Notes under the pieces: model-generated
The model's database searches: none
Told to the model about the DNA's origin: nothing
The model's input: the letters and a program-made list of their open reading frames with translations, nothing else
DNA from: an uncultured Gammaproteobacteria bacterium
GTDB taxonomy: Bacteria > Patescibacteriota > Microgenomatia > UBA10105 > UBA927
Reading direction: 5' to 3'
DNA: 64,000 nucleotides
Assembly (NCBI GenBank): GCA_964449585.1
Contig: CAYUZE010000004.1
Location: 51,063-115,062, forward strand
Shown here: positions 55,951 through 64,000 of the stretch, one piece after another
Layout: each line of letters opens with the position of its first letter
How positions within the stretch are numbered: position 1 is the first letter of the stretch
Program-made: the position numbers and the translations under genes

Positions 55951-57388
55951 TTTGGATGTTATAAAGAAACGTTCGGTGGTCGGCGTCGTTGCCCTTACCG
56001 CGCGGACGTTCGTTCTTCAGGTGGTCGCATTTGGTGCGACATTTTTATTGACATTATTTTTAACCCCCGATATCTTCGGTGTTTTTTATGTTGTTTCCGC
56101 GATCATTTCCTTCTTGGGATATTTTTCCGATATCGGCTTAGCCGCGGCACTGGTGCAAAAGAAAGACGAGGTGACCGACGAAGATTTAAATACGACATTC
56201 ATGATCCAACAGGGGTTAGTCGTTACCCTTGTCGTTATTAGTCTTATTTTTTCCCAATTTATCGCGTCGTTTTACCGGCTTGATGCTTCGGGCGTGTGGC
56301 TATTTCGTGCGCTTGCGGTATCGTTTTTTCTTTCGAGCCTTAAGACGATTCCGTCGGTGTTACTGGAGCGAAAATTATCCTTTGACCGCCTGGTGATTCC
56401 GCATATCGTCGAAACGCTGGGTTTTTACGGCGTCGCCGTATTTTTTGCCTGGCGCGGACAGGGGATAACAAGTTTCACCTGGGCGGTATTGGTGCGGGGT
56501 ATTTTGGGACTTATCACCATGTATATCGTCGAACCGTGGTTTCCCCGGTTTGCCGTATCCCGCGTCAGCGCCAAACGCCTTATGAAGTTCGGTATCCCGT
56601 TTCAGATGAATTCATTTTTGGCGCTGTTAAAAGACGATCTTATGACGGTATTTTTGGGGCGGGTGTTACCGTTTGCGGAAGTGGGATATATCGGATGGGC
56701 CAAGAAGTGGGCGGAAGTACCGTTACGGCTTATCATGGATAGCGTCATCCGCGTGACGTTCCCCGCATATTCACGGTTGCAGCACGACAAAAAACTTCTG
56801 GAAAAGGCGATCGATAAAACGATGTTCGGCCTTGCGTCGGCGATTCTACCGCTTTCGACCGGATTGTTGTTTTTTGTGCATCCCATGGTTGGCTTAATTC
56901 CGCGATATGCCAAATGGGAGCCGGCCATCATTTCGTTTTATATTTTCGTCTTTTCGTCGGCAATCGCCGCGCTTTCAACGCCGCTTATGAACGCGTTAAA
57001 TGCCGTAGGCAAAATTCGAACGACCTTATCATTCATGGTGGGGTGGACGATCGGTACCTGGGCGTGCACCCTCCTGTTTATGCAATTTTTCGGGTTTAAC
57101 GGCGTGGCGCTCGCCCTTCTTTTCGTATCATTGTCAATTGTACTTGTGATAAAAACGGCGAAACGAATTGCCGATTTTTCGTTTATCGACAACGTAAAGG
57201 GGCCGATTGTGGCGACCGTTGTGCAGGGGTGCGCCTATTGGCTCCTCCTGGCCGTAACACCCCACACGTATATAAGCCTTGTGGTTCTGGGAATTATCGG
57301 TATGGGGGTGTATGCCGGTGCACTGTTTGTTCTGGAAAAAAATAACATATATGCATTTATCGGTATGATAAGGAGGAGTACCCAATGA
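55937..57388 (+). CDS. Wzx-like oligosaccharide flippase (MOP/polysaccharide biosynthesis protein family)
   Basis: 14-TM pattern and an N-terminal block typical of PF01943/PF13440 flippases. Confidence 0.75.
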   Translation: MPDIDLDVIKKRSVVGVVALTARTFVLQVVAFGATFLLTLFLTPDIFGVFYVVSAIISFLGYFSDIGLAAALVQKKDEVTDEDLNTTFMIQQGLVVTLVVISLIFSQFIASFYRLDASGVWLFRALAVSFFLSSLKTIPSVLLERKLSFDRLVIPHIVETLGFYGVAVFFAWRGQGITSFTWAVLVRGILGLITMYIVEPWFPRFAVSRVSAKRLMKFGIPFQMNSFLALLKDDLMTVFLGRVLPFAEVGYIGWAKKWAEVPLRLIMDSVIRVTFPAYSRLQHDKKLLEKAIDKTMFGLASAILPLSTGLLFFVHPMVGLIPRYAKWEPAIISFYIFVFSSAIAALSTPLMNALNAVGKIRTTLSFMVGWTIGTWACTLLFMQFFGFNGVALALLFVSLSIVLVIKTAKRIADFSFIDNVKGPIVATVVQGCAYWLLLAVTPHTYISLVVLGIIGMGVYAGALFVLEKNNIYAFIGMIRRSTQ

Positions 57389-58284
57389 AACTATCCGTCG
57401 TCATCAGCACGTATAATCGTGCAAAGAGTCTGGTACGCACGATCGCTTCCGTCAAAAATTTTGCCGATGAGATTATCGTTGTGGATAACGAATCCTCCGA
57501 TGATACCGCGCAAGTCGCCAAAAAACTCGGGACAAAAATATTTTCACGACCCAATAATCTGATGCTTAACGTGAATAAAAATTTCGGTTTTTCCAAAGCG
57601 GAGGGCGATTGGATTCTTTGCCTCGATGACGATGAAGAGGTAACTCCGGAGCTGTCGGCGGAAATACAGTCGGCAATCCGAACGGATGCTATCGATGGCT
57701 TTTGGATACCGAGAAAAAACATGATTTTCGGGAAATGGATACGACACGGCATATGGTGGCCCGATCTTCAGCTTCGACTTTTCAAAAAAGGTGCCGGAAA
57801 ATATCCTGAAAAACACGTCCATGAATACATAAGCATCGCGGGAAAGTCAGGTACGCTCAAGAGCCCCTATACCCATTATAACTATGACAGTGTCGGCCAA
57901 TACCTCGAAAAAATGCAGAGGGTGTACACGGAAAACGAGGTGAAGAAATACCGTGCGTTGGGATATACGGTGACATGGCAGGATGCCATCCGTTTTCCCG
58001 CCTCGGATTTTATGAAACTCTATTTTGCCCAGGGAGGTTACAAGGACGGTTTGCACGGTTTGGTGCTTGCCATGCTCCAGGCGTTTTACTCCTTTCTTAT
58101 TTTCCTTAAGCTGTGGGAGAAGGAACGGTTTGTCGAAATGGATATACCCCCGGAAACGTCAATTGCCGAATTGAGAAAGACGGGAAAGGAATTATCCTAT
58201 TGGATGACGACCGTACGCATCGGGGAATCCCATACGTTGCTCAGGAAATGGTGGTATAAACTCGTACGAAGATTGAGCCGGTAA
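57385..58284 (+). CDS. GT2 glycosyltransferase
   Basis: LSVVISTYNR, VVDNES.DDT and LDDDEE motifs. Confidence 0.8.
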   Translation: MKLSVVISTYNRAKSLVRTIASVKNFADEIIVVDNESSDDTAQVAKKLGTKIFSRPNNLMLNVNKNFGFSKAEGDWILCLDDDEEVTPELSAEIQSAIRTDAIDGFWIPRKNMIFGKWIRHGIWWPDLQLRLFKKGAGKYPEKHVHEYISIAGKSGTLKSPYTHYNYDSVGQYLEKMQRVYTENEVKKYRALGYTVTWQDAIRFPASDFMKLYFAQGGYKDGLHGLVLAMLQAFYSFLIFLKLWEKERFVEMDIPPETSIAELRKTGKELSYWMTTVRIGESHTLLRKWWYKLVRRLSR

Positions 58285-58286
58285 CC

Positions 58287-59207
58287 ATGAAAAAAGTCGC
58301 CATCGTTATCGTGAACTGGAACGGTTATAAAGACACATCGGTGTGTCTTCGGTCGCTTGCCAAGCTCCGGCGTACCAACGTCGAAGTAGAAACAATTGTC
58401 GTGGATAACGGTTCGACCGATGAATCGGCTGCGATAATCGCCAGGGATTTTCCCGGGGCGGTGCTTTTAAAACTCGACGAGAATCGGGGTTTTACCGGCG
58501 GCAATAACATAGGTATTACGTATGCGATGAAACGGGGAGCGGATTTTGTATGGCTGCTTAATAATGATACGATCGTCGATCCCGAAGCACTTTCGCTTCT
58601 TGACGCTTTTGATACCGATACCGTGGGAATTGCCGGATCAAAAATTTATTTTGCGCCGGGACACGAATATCATAAAACCCGCTACGCCAAAAACGAACGC
58701 GGGCGGGTATTTTGGTACGCAGGCGGACTGGTTGATTGGGATAACCTTTATGCTTCGCATCGCGGCGTTGATGAGGTGGATCATGGGCAATACGATCGTG
58801 CAATAGAAACGCCGTTTGTGACCGGTTGTTCCATGATGATCGCAAGAGCAGTCGTGGAATCCGTGGGGCTTTTGGATGATGCCTATTATCTGTATCTGGA
58901 GGATCTTGATTATTGTCTCCGCGCAAAGCGCGCGGGATTCACGCTTGTCTACCAGCCGACATCGGTTATCTGGCACGTCAACGCCGGCTCGTCGGGTGGT
59001 GCGGGGAATCCCCTCCATGATTATTACATCACTCGTAACCGGTTGCTTCTCGGCATGCGGTATGCCTCAATCCGAACCAAAATTGCCCTGCTTCGTGAAG
59101 GCGTCGCGTTTCTTCACGAGAACAACGAGGAAAAACGAAAAGCGGTTGCTGACTTTTTCTTTCTCAGACGGGGGAAACAATATGAACCGAAAAAAGCAAA
59201 AACTTAG
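58287..59207 (+). CDS. GT2 glycosyltransferase (rhamnosyltransferase-like)
   Basis: VAIVIVNWNG, VVDNGSTDES and LLNNDT motifs. Confidence 0.8.
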   Translation: MKKVAIVIVNWNGYKDTSVCLRSLAKLRRTNVEVETIVVDNGSTDESAAIIARDFPGAVLLKLDENRGFTGGNNIGITYAMKRGADFVWLLNNDTIVDPEALSLLDAFDTDTVGIAGSKIYFAPGHEYHKTRYAKNERGRVFWYAGGLVDWDNLYASHRGVDEVDHGQYDRAIETPFVTGCSMMIARAVVESVGLLDDAYYLYLEDLDYCLRAKRAGFTLVYQPTSVIWHVNAGSSGGAGNPLHDYYITRNRLLLGMRYASIRTKIALLREGVAFLHENNEEKRKAVADFFFLRRGKQYEPKKAKT

Positions 59208-59949
59208 CATTGTTATCATTGCCAGAAACGAAGCGCCGCGTATCGCCGCATGTATCGGTGCGCTTGAAGATGTCGGCGAAATTATCGTTGTCGATAACGG
59301 CTCCCAGGATGATACGACTCGTGTTGCCAAACAGGCGGGAGCGCAAGTTATCCCGGTTACGCAGGAAGGGTTTGCAACCCTCCGCAATCATGCCATGCGA
59401 TATGTGACGGGCGAGTGGGTGTTGTATGTCGATGCCGACGAGATTGTAACCCCGACGCTTCGGAAAGCCATAGCGGATGGCATTGCTCCCCACGCCAAAA
59501 ATGCGGTAGCAGGGTACGAACTCTATCGAAAAAACTACTACCTCGGTCATCCGTGGCCGGGAGGGGAATGGATGCTCCGGCTTTTCCGTGTTGCGGCGTT
59601 TCGCGGTTGGGAGGGCGAACTGCACGAAACGGCACGGGTAGAGGGGGAAGTAAAACGCTTGGAAGGAGAACTGCTGCATGATACGCACCGGACGCTTGAA
59701 GAAATGGTCGATAAAACAAACGAGTGGAGCGAAACGGAGGCAATGTTGCGACTTGTCGCCCATCATCCGCCGATGACCTGGTGGAGAATGCTTCGGGTAA
59801 CGCTCACCGGTTTTTTGCATTCGTACATAACCCTCGGCGGATGGCGTGCCGGTACGGTGGGCTGGATCGAAAGCATATACCAGGGGTTTAGCTTATTTAT
59901 TACGTACGCGAAACTATGGGAGTTGCAGCAAAAAAAGTCACATGAATAA
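59182..59949 (+). CDS. GT2 glycosyltransferase
   Basis: LSIVIIARNE, VVDNGSQDDT and YVDADE motifs; start at the ATG at 59182. Confidence 0.75.
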   Translation: MNRKKQKLSIVIIARNEAPRIAACIGALEDVGEIIVVDNGSQDDTTRVAKQAGAQVIPVTQEGFATLRNHAMRYVTGEWVLYVDADEIVTPTLRKAIADGIAPHAKNAVAGYELYRKNYYLGHPWPGGEWMLRLFRVAAFRGWEGELHETARVEGEVKRLEGELLHDTHRTLEEMVDKTNEWSETEAMLRLVAHHPPMTWWRMLRVTLTGFLHSYITLGGWRAGTVGWIESIYQGFSLFITYAKLWELQQKKSHE

Positions 59950-62248
59950 ATTAGCAGTACGATTCTGGCCGATCGGCGTGATTATTTTTCTTACCTGTCT
60001 TTTAGGGGCTCCGCTTACTCGCGGAAATATGCCGTTTCCGGGGACGTATCTTGCCACATTTTTCACCCCCTGGGCAGCAACGTACGCCATGCCCGTCAAA
60101 AATAATGCGATGCCGGACGTGATAACCCAAATCTTCCCATGGAAACGGGTAACCGTGGATTCCTGGAAACAGGGGCAATTGCCACTATGGAATCCGTATA
60201 GTTTTTCGGGAACCAGCCATATCGGTACGTATCAGACGGCAATATTTTCCCCGTTTACTCTTTTGTTTTTACTGCCCGAAAAGATTGCATGGAGTGTCCT
60301 TATCCTTCTGCAACCGCTTCTTGCGGGGATCGGCATGTATTGCTTCCTTTCTCGACGAAGCCTCACCCCGGAAGCCCGGCTCATCGGAAGTATCGCCTTC
60401 ATGTTTTGCGGGTTTATGACCGTCTGGATGGCATACGGAACGCTCGGATACGCCGTGCTTTTTCTTCCGTACGCACTTTTGGGCATAGATATTCTTATCA
60501 TTGACGGTAAGCGCCACGGGGGACTTATTACGGCGGCAGCCCTTGCGCTTTCATTTCTTTCCGGACATTTTCAGATGAGCCTTTACGTTTTGCTGTATGT
60601 CGCCGGGTATCTGGTGTTTCTTTCGTTTGAAAAAAATAATCGAAAACGGTTACCGGTTGCCGTCATCGCACTGTTATTCGGCATACTTCTTGCGGCTCCC
60701 CAAATACTTGCCGGTTTTATGGCATACACGGAGGCGGTGCGCAGTAGTCTGTTTATAAAAGGGGAAGTAATTCCTTGGCGATATTTCCCCACGATACTGG
60801 CTCCTGATTTTTACGGTAATCCCGTAACGAGAAACGATTGGTTCGGGCACTATGCGGAGTGGGCGAGCTATATCGGCGTTGCTCCGCTGTTTTTTGCAAT
60901 CGCAGCGGTCATTGCGCGCCGCACCTATCGTCCTCTCCGCTTTTTTGCGGGCATGGGAATCCTGTCGTTGCTTTTTGCGTATCAAACGCCGCTTGTGGAT
61001 CTGTTGTTTTTCCTTAAAATTCCGGTCTTGTCGACGAGTTCGGCATCACGAATCATCATTCTTGCAAGCTTTTCTCTTGCCGTGCTTTCCGCATACGGTC
61101 TGGATGCCGTACGGGAGCTTTGGGCAAAACGGAACAAAGGAGCAATCATACGAGGGGCTCTCGGAGTGGGCGGACTTTTTATCGTGCTTTGGGGGGTGTT
61201 GCTTGTGGGGCGACCGTTCCCGGCCGATAAACTGGCTATTGCCACACGCAATCTGGTGCTTCCCACGGCACTTGCCTTGCTATGGGTGACGGGATTTGCA
61301 TCCGGTTTAGTGCTTCCCAAAAACATTGGTAGGATACTTCCCTTTCTTTTTGTGATCATAACGGGAATTGATATGTACCGTTATACCGCAAAATGGATGC
61401 CGTTTGATCCGCACACGCTGGTCTACCCCGAGGTTCCCGCGATCACCGCGCTGCAGCGGCTTACGCGACAGGATAATTCGCGTGCCTTCGGCAACATCGG
61501 CAATGAAGTCGGTTCCGCGTTCGGCATTCCGCTTATCGAAGGATACGACGCCGTGTATAGTCATCGGTATGGAAAGCTTATGGGATCGGTAAGCGAAGGA
61601 AAATTTCGTCCGGTGGACCGGTCGGTCGTGGTGTTTGATAAACATGGGAAATACAGTCAGGAAATGTTAAATCTCCTCGGTGTACGGTACTATTTTCATA
61701 AAAAAAGCGACGGAAGACTCCCCTGGGCATATCCCTTTTGGGATCATCCCGGGTATGTACGTGTTTGGGAAGATGATCATTTTGAAATTCTTGAAAATAC
61801 CCAACATTATCCGCGGGTGTTTTTGGCAAACTCGTTTGTCGTCGCAAACGGTGAGCAATCAATCCTCGATACGCTGTATCGGGAAGGCATGGATCGACGA
61901 AACACGTTAGTACTCGAAACCGCCCCTCATATCACTCCGGAAGCGGGGACGGGGAGTGCAACGATACTTTCCTATACGCCGAACGAGGTGGTTATCGGCG
62001 TGGACACTTCAGCACCTACGCTACTTTTTCTTTCCGACACCTACGATACCGGTTGGAAGGCAACGATTGACGGGACCAAAACACCGCTGTATCGGGCTCA
62101 CTATGATTTCCGGGCGGTTGCGGTGCCCGCAGGGCTGCATACCGTGCGTATGCGATACCTGCCGTGGTACGTCGTATGGGGATGTGTGTTAAGCGGATTT
62201 GCTACACTGGGATTGCTCGTCATTTTTTTGAAAAAGAGGAAAACATGA
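59942..62248 (+). CDS. YfhO-family GT-C membrane protein
   Basis: QGQLPLWNPYSFSGTS motif and polytopic N-terminal half with a large C-terminal extracytoplasmic domain and final TM, as in Bacillus YfhO. Confidence 0.7.
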   Translation: MNKLAVRFWPIGVIIFLTCLLGAPLTRGNMPFPGTYLATFFTPWAATYAMPVKNNAMPDVITQIFPWKRVTVDSWKQGQLPLWNPYSFSGTSHIGTYQTAIFSPFTLLFLLPEKIAWSVLILLQPLLAGIGMYCFLSRRSLTPEARLIGSIAFMFCGFMTVWMAYGTLGYAVLFLPYALLGIDILIIDGKRHGGLITAAALALSFLSGHFQMSLYVLLYVAGYLVFLSFEKNNRKRLPVAVIALLFGILLAAPQILAGFMAYTEAVRSSLFIKGEVIPWRYFPTILAPDFYGNPVTRNDWFGHYAEWASYIGVAPLFFAIAAVIARRTYRPLRFFAGMGILSLLFAYQTPLVDLLFFLKIPVLSTSSASRIIILASFSLAVLSAYGLDAVRELWAKRNKGAIIRGALGVGGLFIVLWGVLLVGRPFPADKLAIATRNLVLPTALALLWVTGFASGLVLPKNIGRILPFLFVIITGIDMYRYTAKWMPFDPHTLVYPEVPAITALQRLTRQDNSRAFGNIGNEVGSAFGIPLIEGYDAVYSHRYGKLMGSVSEGKFRPVDRSVVVFDKHGKYSQEMLNLLGVRYYFHKKSDGRLPWAYPFWDHPGYVRVWEDDHFEILENTQHYPRVFLANSFVVANGEQSILDTLYREGMDRRNTLVLETAPHITPEAGTGSATILSYTPNEVVIGVDTSAPTLLFLSDTYDTGWKATIDGTKTPLYRAHYDFRAVAVPAGLHTVRMRYLPWYVVWGCVLSGFATLGLLVIFLKKRKT

Positions 62249-63297
62249 AAATCGGTTTTTATAATCCCTATTTTGACGGTTTGGGAGGCGGTGAGCGATA
62301 CACGTTGACGCTTGCCAGTCACTGGGCAAAAAAACATACCGTCTCCCTGTTTTGGGATGACCCCAAGATCATCAGCCAATCGGAAAAACGTTTCGGATTG
62401 GATCTATCAGGCATTCAGGTGGTCCCGAATGTCTTTAAAAACGGCAATATCTTTGAAAAGCTCTGGCAATCGAGAACCTATGATCTTATCTTCTTCCTGA
62501 GTGACGGCAGTATCCCTGGGACGTTGGCGCGGCACAATATATTGCATTTTCAGGTGCCGTTTGCCTCCGTACTTATCGATCCGTGGAAAATGCGACGGTA
62601 CGATGCCGTAGTGTGCAATTCCGAGTTCACCAAAAGCGAGTTGGACGCGCAGATAGGGGAAAAAGCGGTGGTCATCTATCCGCCGGTACAACAGGTACCG
62701 AAGGCGGTAGCCACGAAGCGAAAACAACAGATTCTTTCGGTAGGGAGATTTACCGGTTACTTCCAGGCAAAAAAACAGGAAGTGCTTATCGATGCATTCC
62801 TCGATGGATACCGGAAAGGACTGTTAAAAGGGTGGCAATTGGTGCTTGCCGGCGGGCTTATTCCGTCCGATGAGGGATATTTTGCCAAGCTTGCCGAGAA
62901 AGTGAAAAATACTCCCGTGAAGCTTTGCCCGAACATAACAAACGATGAACTTATCAGTCTGTATCAGACGAGCCAGTTTTACTGGCATGCGGCGGGATTT
63001 GGGGTGAGTGACCCGGTGAATATGGAGCATTTCGGGATCACCACGGCGGAAGCGATGAGCGCGGGAGTCGTCCCGATTGTCTATGCTGCAGGAGGACAGC
63101 TTGAGATTGTCCGCGACGGTATAAGCGGTCGCGTTTGGCATACGCCCGATGAACTCGTGCAGTACACCAAGGCGCTTATTGACGATAAAAAGACACTCGC
63201 CGCGATGGCGCAAAAAGGCATCGAACGGGCGAAGGATTTCGGTGCGGCAGAATTTACGCGTTCGTTCGATGCGCTCATCGCGGGGTGGGAGAAATAA
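62245..63297 (+). CDS. GT4 glycosyltransferase
   Basis: C-terminal GT-B motif FGITTAEAMSAGVVPI....GG..EIV, EX7E-like. Confidence 0.75.
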   Translation: MKIGFYNPYFDGLGGGERYTLTLASHWAKKHTVSLFWDDPKIISQSEKRFGLDLSGIQVVPNVFKNGNIFEKLWQSRTYDLIFFLSDGSIPGTLARHNILHFQVPFASVLIDPWKMRRYDAVVCNSEFTKSELDAQIGEKAVVIYPPVQQVPKAVATKRKQQILSVGRFTGYFQAKKQEVLIDAFLDGYRKGLLKGWQLVLAGGLIPSDEGYFAKLAEKVKNTPVKLCPNITNDELISLYQTSQFYWHAAGFGVSDPVNMEHFGITTAEAMSAGVVPIVYAAGGQLEIVRDGISGRVWHTPDELVQYTKALIDDKKTLAAMAQKGIERAKDFGAAEFTRSFDALIAGWEK

Positions 63298-63300
63298 TTT

Positions 63301-64000
63301 ATGAAGCGTTTTTCTTTTTGGACGGTGATTTTTATACTCATCACGATCACTGCGATATTTTTTTATCCCACGGCTCTTGAAAAAAAACTGCCCGTTCCCA
63401 CGGATACCCTGATAGGTCTCTATCATCCGTGGAGAGACCTGTATGCCGAAACCAATCCGCGCGGCGTTCCGTACAAAAATTTCCTGATTACCGATCCTAT
63501 CCGTCAACAAATTCCCTGGAAAAAGGCGGTTATCGACGCGTGGAAGCAGGGAAAAGTACCGGCACTTAATCCATACTCGTTCGGCGGCGTACCGCTTGAT
63601 GCAAATATTCAGGCAGCCCCGTTTTATCCGTTTAACTTTCTGTTTTTTGTCACCGATTTTGCTTCCGCCTGGGTACTTCTTATTATCATGCAGCCGTTGC
63701 TTGCCCTTCTTTTTATGTATCTGTATCTTTCAAGGCGGAACGTGGGAACGGCGTCGTCATTGTTGGGTGCAACGGCATGGGCGTTCGGCGGATTTTCCAT
63801 AGCATGGCTCACCTGGGGAACCATTATCCACACCGCCCTCTGGATACCGCTTATCCTTTTTTCTATCGATAGGCTCGCTTCGGAAAAGAAAACGCGGATC
63901 TCCTCGGTATTGCTGCTTGTGGTTGCAGGAAGCATGTTGTTGCTGGCGGGGCATATACAGGTTGCACTCTACGGCGGAGTTTTTGCTTTTTGCTATAGCC
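63301..64000 (+). CDS. YfhO-family membrane protein, 3'-partial (runs off the window end)
   Basis: KQGKVPALNPYSFGGVP motif parallels the YfhO protein at 59942. The frame is open to position 64000. Confidence 0.6.
   Translation, partial: MKRFSFWTVIFILITITAIFFYPTALEKKLPVPTDTLIGLYHPWRDLYAETNPRGVPYKNFLITDPIRQQIPWKKAVIDAWKQGKVPALNPYSFGGVPLDANIQAAPFYPFNFLFFVTDFASAWVLLIIMQPLLALLFMYLYLSRRNVGTASSLLGATAWAFGGFSIAWLTWGTIIHTALWIPLILFSIDRLASEKKTRISSVLLLVVAGSMLLLAGHIQVALYGGVFAFCYS

Noticed and set aside
59164-59820. 218-aa minus-strand ORF across the GT2 genes
   Set aside because: It is antisense to two GT2 genes with clear motifs and has no independent support.

Overview
This 64-kb window carries about 75 mostly co-directional, tightly packed or overlapping genes in the standard genetic code. 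Small truncated proteins (a 106-aa TsaB, a short RmlA-like enzyme) and many membrane-anchored hypotheticals make it look like a reduced genome, possibly Candidate Phyla Radiation (CPR) or Parcubacteria-like; that placement is inference only. Housekeeping genes, in order: the Lon C-terminus, a class-A beta-lactamase-like hydrolase, purine nucleoside phosphorylase, a GNAT acetyltransferase, tRNA-Glu(CUC), greA, a lysS gene carrying a C-terminal HD-domain fusion, rdgB, a T-box-like leader with serS, an MFS transporter, secA, two DsbA-like oxidoreductases, a MacAB-like efflux operon, Hsp20, ruvCAB, signal peptidase I fused to a CAP domain, a Fur-family regulator with a ZIP transporter, prfB carrying an internal frame break, ftsEX with an M23 peptidase, and tsaE-tsaC-tsaB. 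The 3' third (40.5-64 kb) is one large cell-surface glycan or glycosylation locus. It holds Rml-pathway enzymes without rmlC, a UDP-glucose dehydrogenase, a GMD-like dehydratase, six GT2 and one GT4 glycosyltransferases, a Wzx-like flippase, a polyprenyl-phosphate glycosyltransferase fused to GtrA, two ArnT/PMT-like (glycosyltransferase family GT39-like) membrane glycosyltransferases, a DUF2029/GT87-like protein, two tandem paralogous large membrane proteins of unknown function, and two YfhO-family proteins. The most unusual feature is the tRNA-Glu locus at 3.0-3.6 kb. Three copies of an identical-length 70-nt two-hairpin element sit exactly after a GTTCG motif inside partial tRNA-Glu copies. 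Their stems differ between copies by compensatory base changes, which points to a site-specific palindromic insertion element or a structured RNA. No CRISPR array, restriction-modification system or recognisable defence genes were seen.
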